Under the pieces are notes generated by a model, which was not told the DNA's origin, did not search any database, and was given only the letters and a program-made list of their open reading frames with translations. Of a stretch of DNA of 64,000 bases, positions 1-11,967 are shown in pieces; position 1 is the first letter of the stretch, and every line of letters starts with the position of its first letter. Both the position numbers and the translations under genes were made by a program. This stretch comes from Trichoplax sp. H2 (taxonomy: Eukaryota), in NCBI GenBank assembly GCA_003344405.1, contig NOWV01000238.1, positions 1-64,000 of the forward strand, written 5' to 3'.

Positions 1-177
1 TAGGTAAACCGATCTACTTCACCATATGCATGTTAATCAATGAATCAATAGAATGAATCAGCAGTAGAAAGCGAGTATACTGATATACGAGTATGTAATA
101 ACTAGTAGAGAGCTGGTCTAATGTGAGTTGCTTATCCTAGGTTCAGTCTAGAGCCTACTTTGTTCCTTGCATTTACC

Positions 178-330
178 ATCCCATCGCACTGCTATCTATC
201 TACTGACAAAATTAATCGCTATCAGATAGCCAGTAAGAGAGTGGTGACTTGTGAGCTTACCTTTGGACTATCCACTTCAATTCTGCAAAAATGTGCGTAA
301 TGAGCTGGAAATGATTTAAAATCCTACACA
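178..330 (-). other. Possible 5' exons of a minus-strand gene continuing off the left edge
   Basis: Minus strand has a strong donor (CCAAAG|gtaagc at ~260) and a short ag/gt-bounded segment ending ATGGGATG|gtaaat (~178-202). It lies divergent to EIF3B. No recognisable protein. Confidence 0.25.
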
Positions 331-510
331 AGAATCCTTAGTTTATCGTAGTACCACTGCAATTGGAAAGGATTGATTACTTGATGACATTGGCCGTTGA
401 TAGCTAATAATTTCCAATTTGGTCGATTGATTGAACACGATCAATCAATATCAATGGCCAAATGATGACGTGATATTGCATCGGTTTTCTACCCTTTGGA
501 TCATTTGAGC

Positions 511-597
511 TACAGTACTGTACTGTAGTACTGTACTGTAGGGATCATTTAAACTACTGTACAGTCTCTGTACTGTACTGTACTGTACTATACTGTA
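511..597. promoter_or_regulatory. (TACTG/CAGTA)n pentamer array upstream of EIF3B
   Basis: tacagtactgtactgtagtactgtactgta...tactgtactgtactgtactatactgta, followed by CACGTG at ~603. More copies at ~1250-1320. The repeat is seen directly; a regulatory role is inferred. Confidence 0.45.
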
Positions 598-1584
598 GAA
601 ATCACGTGGCGATTGAAGTGATTAAGTGAAATTCATACTGATACAGTACAGTAGAGTAGAAACTCCTAGGAGTTTCTAGTAGTAGGCTACAAGTGGTCAA
701 ATGGCTTTTTTTTCCTTTGCCTAGATGCATAATGGTGGCTTTCGAGGAAACGCTCACCAGGTTATGGCATGGACTACAGAAGGTGCTGCCAATATGGTAG
801 TTTTACTATTTATAGTATTACACTACTGTACAGTAGACCATACGAGAATAGCAAAAGTGGTTTGAATCAATGCTTACCCCCCTCTCATCTGTACAGGTAG
901 ATATTGACTCAATGACTCGGTAGCCACTGACTCTCCTTTGAATCCCCAATTCATCTCAGGTGCGTCTAGTTGTCCATCCATGCTTATGGATATTGGATAA
1001 GCCTCACGGTAATAATAGTATTTACAGTAAAGCAGCGCTGACAGTGATTATTGCTTATACTGTACAGTATATTGAAGTTCTTTCTCTTACAAGTCCCTAC
1101 ATGCACCTCGCTGAGGTACAGTAGTGAAAAGTCTCTTTTATTACTTTGACTGATCTTTTATAACCTCTATTCAGGGAGTTTTAAAAAAAAATGGCCAGGA
1201 TTTTCTCTTTCAAAGTCTCTGCTCTAACATGAGAAGCCCTTCACCGCTATACAGCTACAGTGTACAGTCTACACTTCACAGTACTATTCACCACAGACAC
1301 AGTATACGGTACTGTAGTTTCGCTCCATTAGCACCGCAGGGGCCACGTGTACTTGGGTAATGTGCTTTGAACTGGCGCACTGTCTATAGTATTCACTACG
1401 CTCAGTATGGTAGGGCTTCCAACGCTATTTGATATGATTTCAGTCCGACCAGACGTAGCTCCTACAGTGATTAGACTGAAGTTTTCCATTCAGTACAGGC
1501 GTTATACCCAAGATTGGCGTATTTCAGGATCTCGGTCAGACTGGATTCGCCATTTCGCTGGAGGCCATCTTATCATTCAACGCC

Positions 1585-4500
1585 ATGGCTATGGAGAAAG
1601 ATACCACGGATAAATCAAATCAAGAAGAGAACGACGAAGATTTAATTGATGAGAGCGAAATAGATGATGCTCAATTTGAAGATCCACCGGACTTTGTCGA
1701 CAATTTAACTGATAGAGGTATGACTGGCATAGATTTTACAGCAACTCAAGTTGGAAATAGCAAGGGCTGTACTCAGTGGTCGTTGTTTGATGGCTAGCGA
1801 GTTCATGCTTTGAAAAATTTTTGTCTGCCAAGCAGATAGTCCTACAGTAATTGATTCTACCTTTATACACAGGATAACTATTCAGTCTAACCCTAAGTAG
1901 AAAACTCGATTGATAACTTGATTGAAATTTTGTAAAATCATAAATAGATTGAGTGAGTGCAAAAAGTTCTTCAATAGTACGTGCAATACTCCTCTCTATT
2001 CAACTCATACAGGAGTGATACGGTTACAGCGATGGTTGTGAACGAAATAAGGAGTTCAACAAAAAAAAGTACTGTTTTGTCCATATAGCTTGTCTTCAAT
2101 TGAGTTCCACTAAATATTGTAATTTTTACTGACTGTATTCCATGCTGCCAGGGATAACAAATGACCCTGTAGTCATAATACTCTGAAGTAGGGTCGGTCA
2201 TTCTTGCACCCACGCGTAGTAGTCGATATTACTATAAAACGGATAATTCTAATATCCTTATGAGTGAAACAACATCAGAGGCTTTGCAGTAAAGTAGATT
2301 TCTTACGATTGTGTTTCTCTAACCTGTATGGTACAGTTAACTATAGGATAGATATGTCGATAGCCAATGACCTGCAGTCATAAAATTCACAAGTAGGATT
2401 ATTCTTGTACCCACTATTAGTATCGATGACATTATATACTATAAAACGGACATTCCCAATATCCTTATGAATGAAACAACATGACATGGTACAGCTATAG
2501 GATACACTCTTACATGTCGTAATAGCATAAAAGAATTCGTAGCAATAGGTGAAAGTAAATGGATTAAACTTTTTATCTTTCTCTAATCTGTCATACCATG
2601 TAGACGTCGCGGCAGAAGGCGGTTTTATCTGCCCAATTGCCAATGATGACCTCAGCAGTTTACTGGTGGTTGACAATGTACCCGAAGTTGGTCAGGAGAA
2701 ATTAGAAAAACTAAAAAATGTCATCACACGAATTTTCGGTCGATTTGGAAATGTAACCTCCAATTACTTTCCTCAAGGTAGCAATGGTAAAACTAAAGGG
2801 TAAGTTAGCATACTGTTACTAACTTTAGTGCATGCATACGTACGATATTGAATCGTATCCAACTGATTAGCCATACGAAAATGGATGGAATAACGGTAGT
2901 TTATTGACCTGTTGGCACTCTTGCTACGATAATGTATGCATAGATACATCTACTGTATATTGGAAGGCTGTAATGACTACTTCCTGTATTCTTCAACTAA
3001 TAACACGAGTATATCTTATTTGAATGAAACTTTAGTCATTTATCAATACTTCACCTTTATTACTAGCTTCAGTGCTGTGTACGCAATTGCAGTACCCATT
3101 TTTATCTATACTGCATACATATGAATATATGGTCTTCTTACGATCTAACCAATAAGCTCGTACTTATATCATATTTTGTCAAATAATTGCAGTGCTGTTA
3201 TAAACATTTACTCACGGTTGAAATAGACGTAACTTTAGCGAAATCATAAGATACCAACTAGCATATTGGAGTGATATGCTGTCTACTCTGCAATTCCTCT
3301 CAGTACGTGTACGAATGATAACACTAAAATTTAAATCTAGATATATTTTCCTGGAATTCGCTACCAAAGAAGAAGCTGTCAGCGCTTGCAGAGCAACCAA
3401 TGGTTATGCACTTGATAAGCAGCACATTTTTGCTGTCAATCTATTTAGTGATTTTGAAAAGTAAGCGAATCTATCCTTATTATGCTTATTCAAGTTCGTG
3501 TTGATAGTGTTTGAATAAAAATATTTTGTTATGTTATTGATCTAAACTTTTAAACACAATCAACTACCCTTTCAATGATCGATTGTCAGAGATATCGCTT
3601 AGAGTCTATTGATATTTTACATTGATCAATTTTATAGTAAATGGTTAATATTCCGAATGATGCACTCAGAAACTTTCTATTCTTATTACTAGGTATCGTT
3701 CTCCTCCTTCACAGGAAAAAATCGAGCCTAATCCATTTGTTGAAGAGGTAGAAACGATATTCATTATCTAATAGCAATAAATGACTGTAATTTAGACTTT
3801 AATTTTACTAATACACTACTCTCGGTAATACGTATAAGTTTAATTATTATCATTTAATCTTTTAACTTATCTTTCGTTCTTGACAACTTGACTTAACTAG
3901 GAGAATTTACGTTGGTGGTTACAAGATCCTGACTGTGCTGACCAGTATGCTATGCAGTTTGGTCACTACACTGGCATTTACTGGAATAGTACTCGCAGTC
4001 CTACGCTAATAATTGAACGAGAGGTAAGCCTATATTCTGTAGACATTACTGGCTGTACCAATACCGTTATCTACCAAGTACAATCTTCATAGTTCTATTT
4101 CCACTCTATTTTAGCACTGGACTGAATCTGCTGCAGTTAAATGGACTCCAAAAGGTACTTATCTTGCAACATGTCACGATAAGGGGATCATTTTATGGGG
4201 TGGTAAAGGATTCGACAGAAAAATGAGATTTACCCATCGAAATGTCAAGCATATCGATTTCTCACCATGCGAAAGGTAGAGTATGTAATTAAATACTTTA
4301 TTAACTGTAATAGAATGTTCGAGATAAGTAAAAAACATGTAAAGGAATAATCTATTGCTGAACAGATTCAAATTCTTATCGTTATCATAGATATCTTGTT
4401 TCATTCAGTCCAGAATTTTTGGAGCAAAAGGAAGGGGATGATCAAACGGTATCTATAATTAGTACAGTTAGATATTAGGATTGTTGCTAATATAGTGTTC

Positions 4501-6804
4501 TAAACTGCCTTACGATAATTTCAACTTTTACCGTAGGAGCCAATCATTATTTGGGATGTTCGCACTGGAAAAAAGAAACGTGGATTTTATTGTGAACCTG
4601 ATGCAATCCGATGGCCTGTCTTAAAGTAAGTACTATAATCTCTAATAGCTTTAATATTATTGCTTAGTCAAGCATAATAATATTCTGGTATTTATATCGA
4701 GATCTGATCATAATTATCATCGTATAGGTGGAGTCATGATGGAAAGTATTTTGCTCGAATAACAAAAGCTGGGCAAGAAGATGCTTGTATTAGTGTCTAT
4801 GATACAGAGGTATATTCATTAACTACCAACGGTAGTCCTGTAATATTGTTAAATTAAGGCTTATTTTTATTTTAGACGTGTGGACTGCTAGATAAGAAGA
4901 GTATCAAGATACCATGTGTAAAGTGAGTAATTACATTATATTAATAAAATTCTATTGGGCTAAGGCATTCATATTTCTATAATTGGGTACTATTTTTACG
5001 CTAGGGACTTTTCCTGGTCTCCTGGTGATCATGTCTTGGCTTTCTGGGTTCCAGAAGTTAAAGATATCCCTGCTCGAGTAACGTTAATGCAAATTCCAAC
5101 GCGAAATGAAATTCGATCGAAAAATCTCTTTAGTGTCGCTGACGTTAGTATTTATTCAGATAAATTTGAATAAATGTAGTTGTTTATCGGTAGTGTTGTC
5201 AGTTTCTTTTGAGTAAATATTTATATTTGTTTACGTACAGTGTAAAATGTTTTGGCAAAGTAAAGGGGATTACCTTTGTGTTCAAGTGAGCAGAATGAAT
5301 AAAAACAAGAAGGTAACATATAACCTAAATTATTCTATAATATTTTCAAGGTGATCCACCGTAGCAACATTTCTCTATAATTATAAATCCCACTTTGATG
5401 CTTGTACAGATTTCATTCTGCAACTTTGAAATCTTTCATGTCAGACAAAAGCTAATCCCGGTAGATAATATTGAATTGCGAGGTAAGGCATTTCAAATTA
5501 TATTGATTTTCTTTTTTTACTGGCTACAATACTTAAAACTAAATCTCACAACCTCAATCCTTGTCTGTTACTTAGATACCGTTGTCGATTGTGGAATCGA
5601 ACCTGGTGGCTCAAAATTAGTTGTTATTCATGGAGAGGGTGTACGCAGCTCTGCATCATTTTACGAATTGCATGATGCTAAAGGACAACTATCTTGTCTA
5701 AGTAATTTAATTGAGATACTTTTGTATTTGAGTCGCTGCAAGTGCAGTATTTAACGTAGCGCTTATGCTTTATTGTTAGGAACCATAGAAAAAGTACAAG
5801 TAAATACTGTGTCTTGGTCACCTAATGGCAGATTTGTCGTTTTGGCCCAATTACGAACGTATGTTTAACGGATGCAGTCATTACATTCTTATCTAAAAAT
5901 ATTGCTTTAAATATTAAATTTTATGTAAACTTGCATTTCAGATCTTCCGATGGTGTGCTAGAATTTTATGATAGTACCGATATAACGCTTATGGGTACCG
6001 GTGAACACTTTAAAGTCACTGATATCAATTGGGATCCTACAGGAAGATATATTATTACTGGAGTGAGTAGCTGGGCTGTTAAGGTCAGTAATAGAGTAAC
6101 AGACAACTTAAAAACATTTATTATAACATTTTTTATGTATTCAGCCTACCTTATATACTTACGTATCGATAATTTTTTCATTGTATTAAGATGGATGCAG
6201 GTTATACTGCGTGGTCATTCCAAGGAAAATGTTTGCGCCAAGAACAAATAGATAACTTTGGAATCATTTCATGGCGTCCTCGACCTCCAACTCTTCTCAG
6301 CGCCGAGGAAATTTCACGTATTAAAAAGGATTTGAAAAAATATCAACGTACCTTCGATGCCAAAGATCGTATGAGTCAAAGTAAAGCGTCAAAGGTAAAA
6401 CAACAAATTGTATTTTTAATCCGTTAGCACTTGGGCATGATTCTAACTTAGCATATTGTATATCAGTTTCTAAATTGGTCTCATACTATTTTACATAGGA
6501 ACTCGTTGATAAGAGGCGAAAGCTTGTACAAGATTACACAACTTATCGTGAACAAAAGACGAAGGTATACGAAAGGGAAGCTGTACAACGAATGTCTCTT
6601 CGTTATGGTAAGCACATTATAAATCCTTGAAGGGATTTTTTACATTCTGATATAAAAAAGATTTGCAGATTGACTATTATTATTATTTGCACGGTCTTGA
6701 TTTTATGCTACATTACAGAAGAAGAAGAAAAGAATACTGAAGATGATTATGTCGAGGAAGTCATAGAGGTCCTAGTCAAAGAAGAGCTCTTCCCGATAGA
6801 ATAA
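1585..6804 (+). CDS. EIF3B: Eukaryotic translation initiation factor 3 subunit B (multi-exon)
   Basis: Spliced exons give FEDPPDFVD, the RRM ([24 protein letters not shown]...KTKG|YIFLEF...[21 protein letters not shown]), beta-propeller motifs ([35 protein letters not shown]) and an acidic C-terminus [16 protein letters not shown]. Introns are GT-AG. Confidence 0.96.
2150..2530. repeat. Degenerate ~200-bp tandem duplication in EIF3B intron 1
   Basis: aatgacc.tg.agtcataa...attcttg.accca...actataaaacgga...aatatccttatga.tgaaacaacat occurs at ~2160-2275 and ~2366-2482. Confidence 0.75.
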
Positions 6805-7684
6805 ACTGTTTTACAAATAAATAAAATATGAGTCCACTCTGGGTGCCAATTATATCGTGACAAGAGTTTCGGCTATTTTATCGATTGCTTTTTCTGAGGT
6901 TGAATCTCTGTAACATTTGCATTCGGAATAAAATTTAAATCGATTAAAATCTATGTGATTAATTTATAATTATTTTATAATGTTCTCGTTGTGATTGATT
7001 GTTTATCCAGCATGATTTATTCAGTGATGAAATACGATATTTTTATTATAACACAGATTTCAACTGACACTTAAACTCGTCTACACGTTGTATAAATATT
7101 ACTTCTGTGGTAAAACTGATATGAATTGCTTGGGCAAATTGTTTTACCTTTGTACAATCAATGTTAAAAGTCTACTTTCTGTACTCAACGTACGAGTTCT
7201 GAAATTGCACTATAACATAATATGGGGTGGGGGGCATCTCACAGCAATTGCTACTTTGGCGATGAATAGTGCATAACGTTGTGTTAATTTTTAAATTTTT
7301 ACGAGGTTGAATAGTATATCGAAACAAAATTATCGTATTTTACAAACGTTAACAACCCTAAAATGTGTACTAAGCGTACAAATATGCTTACAATGGCTAA
7401 AAATAAATTATAGTTTCTGCCGTTTTGGTAATGACATTACTGTACAACAAAGATATCGAGAGAATCTGTTTCTCTAATACCCTGATCTTAACATCAAATC
7501 TAAACTGATAGGAGTATCTCATCCATAAACCATGGCTTAAAGCATTCGCAAAATTAAAAACGGTGTCCATTTATAATAATTACATACGATATATATATAT
7601 ATTTTTATATAATTATAAGTAACATTTTGGTAAATAAAAATATTTCGTGAAATAGTCGTTCTTCACAGCCAACTTTGGTCAATA

Positions 7685-8729
7685 TCAAATAGATCTTACT
7701 CTTCTTTGATCCAGCCAACTATCGATATCAAATAATTCCATGTTTGCCATTTCTAATTAAAAAGAGTAATATTGTATGTCAGTGATTCCATATTCTTTCG
7801 ATATCTTTAACAAATTAATTGAAAAATTAAATAAACGTTTATCAGGATACCTTGTTGCTCTCGATTATTCTGAGGTTTTTGAACATAAATCTCCAATTTC
7901 GTATCGTGTTTTCCTATTTTAAGGAAAATCACATCACATTATCAAAGTTAAATCTTTAATGGGCTCCATGGTCTACATCTAAGTTTGAAATAATTCACTG
8001 CTTATGACAGTGTAGCTATCTTGTAGGTATAGATATCATCAAAATTTAGCATAACCAACGTAAATCAGAAACATTAAAAAGTTAATCTTATTATAGCATA
8101 ACGAAGTATCAAATTTTTATAAGAAATCAATTATAAAATCATTTATACCGTATGATTATTATTTTTATTACTGTAAAGTACGCAGTAAGAATTATAATTA
8201 TTACAATGCGAAGTTAACAGTTTATAGGTGAGTACCTGAATCCATTTTATTAACCATTTCCTCAATCTCTTGCCAATCTGTATGAATAAGGCGCGTAGCA
8301 CAATGAGTGTTTATTTAAAAATTTTATTGACATTGAGGTAGCATAATTTCTTATTATACACAATTTAGAATAGAAAAATACATAATAGATGAGTCCATAC
8401 TCTTCCTTAAATATGCGGCATTCGCTTGTTGATCACTTTTCATTTCTTGGCTTAATCCTGAAGATGATGTTACGTGAGATTGTGTTCGGCTGCTTGTCAT
8501 TCTGTAACATTGAGATTGGATTTCATTGCTTAAGATATTCAAAGTATGATGCAATTCAATTACTATCAATCTACAGTATTAACATGTAGCAGGGAAATAC
8601 GATATCATTACCGTGGAAATACAGTGAAATTGAAGTATACGTAATGATTTGATATGTTTCACCAGATATCAAACTATTGCGTTTGGGTAACTTACTTGTG
8701 AGCAGTGTTAGTTATTCCTACATTTTCAC
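7685..8729 (-). CDS. Uncharacterised multi-exon protein-coding gene (partial model, 5' end unresolved)
   Basis: Five ag/gt-bounded segments (~8698-8729, 8401-8570, 8237-8278, 7851-7913, 7685-7752) can be joined in frame: ENVGITNTAHKLIVIELHHTLNILSNEIQSQ...AYLRKNWQEIEEMVNKMDSGKHDTKLEIYVQKPQNNREQQEMANMELFDIDSWLDQRRVRSI*. No family recognised. Confidence 0.4.
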
Positions 8730-10009
8730 CTACTGTTAAAGAATAAAAATTACGTATACATGATAAGTATTAATCACAAGATAAATCATTGATAGTAGAT
8801 CTATGTGAGAACTCCTTGTGAGAGACTATTGTATATCGATTTGAAAGTTGTTAAATAGTTTATCGTTGCAATATCCCTAAAATTATTAGTTATTAATAAA
8901 TGCAATAATAGCAAGAGTAAGAACTTCAGTCTTTTAAGTGAAATTGATTTGGTATCCTTGACACATTCCATATCGTAAATATTATTCTAAATTTATACTT
9001 TACTCGAAATTAGTATTTTTTAACTAAAGCCTTCCTATCAATTTGTAAATAATAAATAATCCAAAGACAATACGTGCAGTAATAAAAGACGAACTTACGT
9101 TAGTACGGTATACTGTACTTAATCATTATATTTCTCAAGTCAATATATCACATAGCAATGCACAATTATACTAAATGCGAATTCAGTAAGTCAACATCGT
9201 TATTCCGTCTTATACCAGTCCTGGCTGCATATTAAATAAAATCTTTATATTGAAATATTGCGTAAATTAATAAAGATAACTGCCTTGGACAATTTTAGGC
9301 AGTATGAATAGGATTGAAAAAATTGATGATGAAATCCATCATTACGGTTACTATTACTTCCGGTAAAGCAAACACGGATATTGGTCGTGACTCGTGACTG
9401 GTATTGTGTAGACAAATTATGCAGTCTGCAGTTTTTACTCGGAAAAAATATTGCATTATTTTCTCTGACGGTGTAATTATATCCGTTTATAATGATCACA
9501 TTTGATTTCAATAAACGTTAGAAAATGGTAGATTATATACTGTAGGCTGTACATTATTATGTAATCTATGAGCGAAAGATTGATTAAAAGCGATCTGATG
9601 TTGCTTTAAACGTAAACACCCGTGCATATAGATACTAAGATCAGTATCCGTGTTCCAATGTATGTTGGTATATAGGTAGACTTCTCAAGTGAACAACTTA
9701 TCAGTATACTAACAGTCAATATACATATACAGTACTGTAGAAAGTGCTGGGACGATAAGTAGCTTTGGCAGTCTACATAGCTTAGCCTAGAACTATCTGT
9801 GTATACTTCATCATAGTATACTGCAAGGATAATTCAGCGATTGTAATTGTATGTTCAAATCAATGAATAGAAGCTATTTTAATCGATAATATCAGAGAGT
9901 AGTGAGGAATCAAGTAGTATACTGCTATTCTATTCAATGACGCTCCTATCTTGTACCGCATTATGCCTCCATACTAAATCCACGATCGGTCAACCCATCT
10001 TCTAGTCTC

Positions 10010-10585
10010 TCCATTTGTGAAGAAAAATACAGTACGAGTAGTACATTGAATAGTATGATTTTTCGACCATCGATAGCCACGTTTAAGTTCGTTATAAAAT
10101 TCAGCATAAACCGCGGATGAAAGATCTGGATGTGTAAACTCATTACGCTTCGATCCAACATTGTCCTAATAATCCATTCAACCATCTTCCAGTCCATTGA
10201 CTTTCTCTTTGTGAAGCAAACTACAGTACTACAAGCGTTGCATTGATTCTTTTTTTAGTCTTTGATAGCCATATCAAGTCATTATTAGACTTAAAGCACT
10301 GTTGTAATAATATAATCCATTCACGCATCTTTCAGTCCACTGACCCTCTTATTTATGGTGAAAAATAATACAACGAGCATTGCATTGATTAATTATTTTA
10401 AGTCTTCGATAGCCATATTGAAGTGGTTGTTAGAGTAAAAGCACTGCCGTAATAATCTATTCAGTCATCTTTGAGTCCATTGACCCTCTAGTTAATAGTC
10501 AAGAAAAATACAGTACTACGAGCATTGCATTGATTATTTTTAGTCTTCGATAGCCCCTATCAAAGTGATTCTTAGAGTCCAAGTT
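10010..10585. repeat. Degenerate tandem repeat, ~140-180 bp unit, 4 copies
   Basis: Recurrent ccattgacc.tct...gaa.aaaatacagtac.acgagcattgcattgatt.tttttagtcttcgatagccata at ~10011, 10192, 10335 and 10476. Confidence 0.85.
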
Positions 10586-11485
10586 TATACTCGTATAGAG
10601 GATGAATGATCCCTAGGCTACGCAGCAATCATAGGTCGTCGAACACTGTCACTATGACGCTAACATCAATTAGACTTCATTTTGAAACTTTCCTAATGTA
10701 ATCCATTGAATCACTGAGCGAAATTCTTTGGTCAAGTTTATTCAATTATTTCTTATGCTGTCAACAACTACTTTCGTCATTTGAGTACGGTCTAGACGAT
10801 CTACTGTAGGAATTTTGTAGATGCTATTATAGGCCAATTTGGCAAATAGACGCGAATTAATTTATTTTTATGACTCCATTTTCTCCACTGCTATGGCAAG
10901 CAAAACTGCCTTAGACTGACACTGTCTATCTATGAATTCGAGTAGCGTCTGTATCAATAGGAGTATCATCCCTGGTCACTTGACTGTTGAAATCCTTGGC
11001 TAGCCTTTTCTCACAGGCAAAATAAACACTATAATTTGACGACACTAAACCTACTGTAGCCTAAATTGTATCCTGCATAGCAATGCGAAGACGTTATTTA
11101 TAACTTTATCATTAAGTTCATTTCTTCATCTTATTCAACATTACCTTTACTGTTACCTTTATTATTTCGGGTGGACGAAGATGAACGAGACATGTTGGAT
11201 TTCTTCTTTCATTAAAACGAAGTGACCGTCATAAACGAAGTTGACCGTTTAAGGAGAACGACTTACCGATACTGTCCTATAAGCCAATCAAATGGCGTCC
11301 AGATAGGTAGTGACTTGCAAGTACTCTGTCGCATCCAAGCGTTCGACTAGATGTAGACTCAGTCTGCAGCCAATTTCAATACTGTGCTTGTATCACTTTT
11401 GGATCATTTTAGCAGTGAAAATATGCATCACAGACGGACAGAATTGGTCGGCGTACGAGGCCCACGTATCATACGACTGATACGA

Positions 11486-11906
11486 GGTACGGTACAATGA
11501 CCAGTATGCAGTTCTGTACTGTACTATACTGTGTGGCACGGTACAGTACGGTACGGTACGATTTCCACGACTACAGTACAACTCAGTACAGTACAGTCTG
11601 TATGTTTGTACACATTCAATACTTGTTGTGCAATATTAAAGTTGCTACAAATCGATAAAGACACACAAAACGCTGAGACAAGGTACAATACTAGATACTG
11701 TACGCTACTGTGAGGCACGGTTCAGTACGGTACGATACGGTACGATTTCCACGACTACAGTACAACTCAGTACTGTACTGTAATGTACTGTACAGTCTGT
11801 ATGTTTGTACACATTCAACACTTGTTGTGCAATACTAAACTTGCTACAAATCGACAAAAGACGCACAAAGACCAGAGACAATGTACAATACTAAGTACTG
11901 TACTCT
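11486..11906. repeat. ~180-bp direct duplication carrying (GTACG)n/(CAGTA)n arrays in the GPS1 promoter
   Basis: ggcacgg..cagtacggtacg...atttccacgactacagtacaactcagtac...tgtatgtttgtacacattcaa.acttgttgtgcaata.taaa.ttgctacaaatcga at ~11531-11706 and ~11710-11906, ending ~60 bp before the ATG. Confidence 0.9.
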
Positions 11907-11967
11907 CTCAAGTGCAGTTCAGTCACTGCGACACTGCTGATTCAACACCATTACTAAACAACTCATC

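Noticed and set aside
7753..7850. GTATCCTG donor suggesting a U12-type intron
   Set aside because: It deviates from GTATCCTT and no TCCTTAAC branch site lies near the acceptor.
10010..10585. Repeat arrays as possible CRISPR
   Set aside because: Eukaryotic context, long degenerate units with no unique spacers, and no cas genes.
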